A stretch of 64,000 bases of DNA, from positions 17,664 to 81,663 of IMG/VR virus record IMGVR_UViG_3300027782_000065. One strand, written 5' to 3'. The notes beneath the pieces are model-generated. The model worked only from the letters and a program-made list of their open reading frames with translations, was not told where the DNA came from and ran no database searches. Position 1 is the stretch's first letter; each line of letters opens with the position of its first letter. Made by a program: the position numbers and the translations under genes. Shown in pieces: positions 61,984 to 64,000 of this stretch. The DNA comes from a virus (Duplodnaviria > Caudoviricetes).

Positions 61984-64000
61984 TTATCCTGCTACAAAGT
62001 CCAAACTATTTGCAGTTGAGTTGTACTGTATGTAGAAGTTTGTGGTTCCTGCAGTTCCACCAAATCTCATTTTATTAGAACTGGTAATACGAAGGTCTCC
62101 CGCAACATCAGCAAGGAATTGTGGCGAACTGGTTCCAATACCAACTCTTACATTTATATCATCATAATTAAGTCCTGATGCACCACCGGCAACTCCACCG
62201 TTATTATAAATTACCTGCCCATCACTACCCGCAACAGGTCCAATAAGACCTTGAAGACCTTGAAGACCTTGAGCACTTTGATTACCCTGAGTACCTTGAA
62301 GACCTTGAGAACCTTGAAGACCTTGAGAACCTTGATTACTTAAACCTTGAAGTCCTTGAAGTCCTTGATTACCTTGAAGACCTTGAGAACCTTGATTACT
62401 TAAACCTTGAAGTCCCTGTCTTCCCTGAGTACCTTGAAGACCTTGAGAACCTTGATTACTTAAACCTTGTAGTCCTTGAAGTCCTTGTCTTCCCTGAGTA
62501 CCTTGAAGACCTTGAGAACCTTGATTACTTAAACCTTGTAGTCCTTGAAGTCCTTGATTACCTTGAAGACCTTGAGAACCTTGATTACTTAAACCTTGTA
62601 GTCCTTGAAGTCCTTGATTACCTTGAAGACCTTGAGAACCTTGATTACTTAAACCTTGAGTACCTTGTAGTCCTTGATCACCTTGTAATCCTTGAGAACC
62701 TTGATTACTTAAACCTTGAGTACCTTGTAGTCCTTGATCACCTTGTAATCCTTGAGAACCTTGATTACTTAAACCTTGAAGACCTTGAGCACTTTGATTA
62801 CCCTGAGTACCTTGAAGACCTTGAGAACCTTGATTACTTAAACCTTGAAGTCCTTGAAGTCCTTGATTACCTTGAAGACCTTGAGAACCTTGATTACTTA
62901 AACCTTGAAGTCCCTGTCTTCCCTGAGTACCTTGAAGACCTTGAGAACCTTGATTACTTAAACCTTGTAGTCCTTGAAGTCCTTGTCTTCCCTGAGTACC
63001 TTGAAGACCTTGAGAACCTTGATTACTTAAACCTTGTAGTCCTTGGAGTCCTTGATTACCTTGAAGACCTTGAGAACCTTGATTACTTAAACCTTGAGTA
63101 CCTTGTAGTCCTTGATTACCTTGAAGACCTTGAGAACCTTGATTGCTTAAACCTTGAGTACCTTGTAGTCCTTGATCACCTTGAGTACCTTGAAGTCCTT
63201 GAGTTCCTTGGAGTCCAGCAGCAAATGGAGTTGTCCAAGAAACTCCAGCACCAGTAGAGATTAAAATAGAACCAGCAATACCTACAGTATTATAAAAATC
63301 TCGCAATCCTGCATCAAGTTCAAGAATTCCACCAAAAGTGGAAACCCCAGTTATATTAATAGATGAAATTTTAAGATTTGTATCAGTAACTTGCATTCCA
63401 CCTGCTGCAAGTCTAACTCCATAAGGGACTTGAGTACTACCAATACCAACACCATAATTAAATATCCAAGCATCAGTACCCAATCCAGTCCAAGAACCAG
63501 ACTTCAACCACATAATCTGCTTATATGTGGATGGAATACTATCAGTACCAGTACCAGCATTAATATCAATTAATGGGGTGCCTTCTGTGGAAGCAATCGC
63601 AATACCACCGTGATTTGCTGTTGTATCAGTAGAAACATCCTGATTGGAGGCATTGGTTGTGATGCCAAGTATAATATCTTTATCTTTTACCTTAAGTTCA
63701 TTGACCGCAAGGAATGCTGATGTACCACCGATGGTTATATTACCACCAACAAAAAGATTAGATCCATCAAAGGTTAGATTATTAGAACCAGCAGGATTAT
63801 TAGAACCATCCTTATAGACAACTTGATTTGCAGAACCTGCTACTGGTCCAGAAACACCTTGAGTACCCTGAGTACCTTGAAGTCCTTGAAGTCCTTGATT
63901 ACCTTGAAGACCTTGAGAACCTTGATTACTTAAACCTTGAAGTCCCTGTCTTCCCTGAGTACCTTGAAGACCTTGAGAACCTTGATTACTTAAACCTTGT
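61984..64000 (-). CDS. collagen-like fibre protein, 5'-truncated by the window edge (frame is open beyond the tracked ATG at 63513)
   Basis: In-frame upstream: ...GTQGVSGPVAGSANQVVYKD...LAVNELKVKDKDIILGITT..TANHGGIAIASTEG..; two GXQ tracts. Confidence 0.8.
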   Translation of the reverse strand, partial: QGLSNQGSQGLQGTQGRQGLQGLSNQGSQGLQGNQGLQGLQGTQGTQGVSGPVAGSANQVVYKDGSNNPAGSNNLTFDGSNLFVGGNITIGGTSAFLAVNELKVKDKDIILGITTNASNQDVSTDTTANHGGIAIASTEGTPLIDINAGTGTDSIPSTYKQIMWLKSGSWTGLGTDAWIFNYGVGIGSTQVPYGVRLAAGGMQVTDTNLKISSINITGVSTFGGILELDAGLRDFYNTVGIAGSILISTGAGVSWTTPFAAGLQGTQGLQGTQGDQGLQGTQGLSNQGSQGLQGNQGLQGTQGLSNQGSQGLQGNQGLQGLQGLSNQGSQGLQGTQGRQGLQGLQGLSNQGSQGLQGTQGRQGLQGLSNQGSQGLQGNQGLQGLQGLSNQGSQGLQGTQGNQSAQGLQGLSNQGSQGLQGDQGLQGTQGLSNQGSQGLQGDQGLQGTQGLSNQGSQGLQGNQGLQGLQGLSNQGSQGLQGNQGLQGLQGLSNQGSQGLQGTQGRQGLQGLQGLSNQGSQGLQGTQGRQGLQGLSNQGSQGLQGNQGLQGLQGLSNQGSQGLQGSQGLQGTQGNQSAQGLQGLQGLIGPVAGSDGQVIYNNGGVAGGASGLNYDDINVRVGIGTSSPQFLADVAGDLRITSSNKMRFGGTAGTTNFYIQYNSTANSLDFVAG
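62245..63215. repeat. higher-order tandem array of 51-69-nt units encoding GLSNQGSQGLQG(N/T/D)QG...
   Basis: ccttgagaaccttgattacttaaacc recurs about 16 times and again at 63910-64000. Confidence 0.9.

Noticed and set aside
3320-63215. Regular short repeats resembling a CRISPR array
   Set aside because: No unique spacers between constant repeats; the periodicity is 9 nt and in frame with collagen codons
1-64000. tRNA genes, introns/inteins, stop-codon reassignment, photosynthesis genes
   Set aside because: No cloverleaf or CCA pattern noticed in the short intergenic gaps; core genes are intact at normal length under code 11; no psbA/hli motifs seen (tRNAscan-SE would be needed to exclude tRNAs fully)

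Overview
The window is a 64-kb segment of a T4-like myovirus genome, very probably a cyanophage (Kyanoviridae-like). Support for this is the gene order gp5-gp27-like-gp51-gp26-gp54-gp4-gp48-gp53-gp32-DUF1825-gp59-gp33-exonuclease-phoH-thyX-glutaredoxin, [AC]TAAATA late promoters, an NtcA box and a glutamine riboswitch. Almost all genes are on the minus strand. From left to right it holds: (i) 1-11.4 kb, a fibre/decoration region with two large proline-poor (Gly-X-Gln)n collagen-like proteins, small adaptor-like proteins and two beta-propeller-like proteins; (ii) 11.4-26.2 kb, baseplate/tail genes; (iii) 26.3-33.9 kb, core replication and nucleotide genes; (iv) 34-51 kb, a 15-gene glycosylation/methylation island that includes a form IV RuBisCO-like protein in a tight NTP-transferase/cupin/RLP/GDPD-like cassette; (v) 51-64 kb, a second fibre/decoration region with Gly-rich proteins, two mini-collagens, two 2OG-Fe(II) oxygenases and a 5'-truncated collagen gene. 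The most notable observations are four. First, a self-contained nitrogen-sensing unit at 32.0-32.24 kb: perfect NtcA box, late promoter, glutamine-I riboswitch, 30-aa peptide and terminator, a regulatory layout resembling cyanobacterial GS-inactivating-factor genes. Second, the phage RLP sugar cassette. Third, a fibre-tail/small-adaptor/tip gene module that recurs four times. Fourth, an unannotated ~100-nt transcription unit at 33.95-34.09 kb. All family assignments were made by eye from motifs; no database searches were run.
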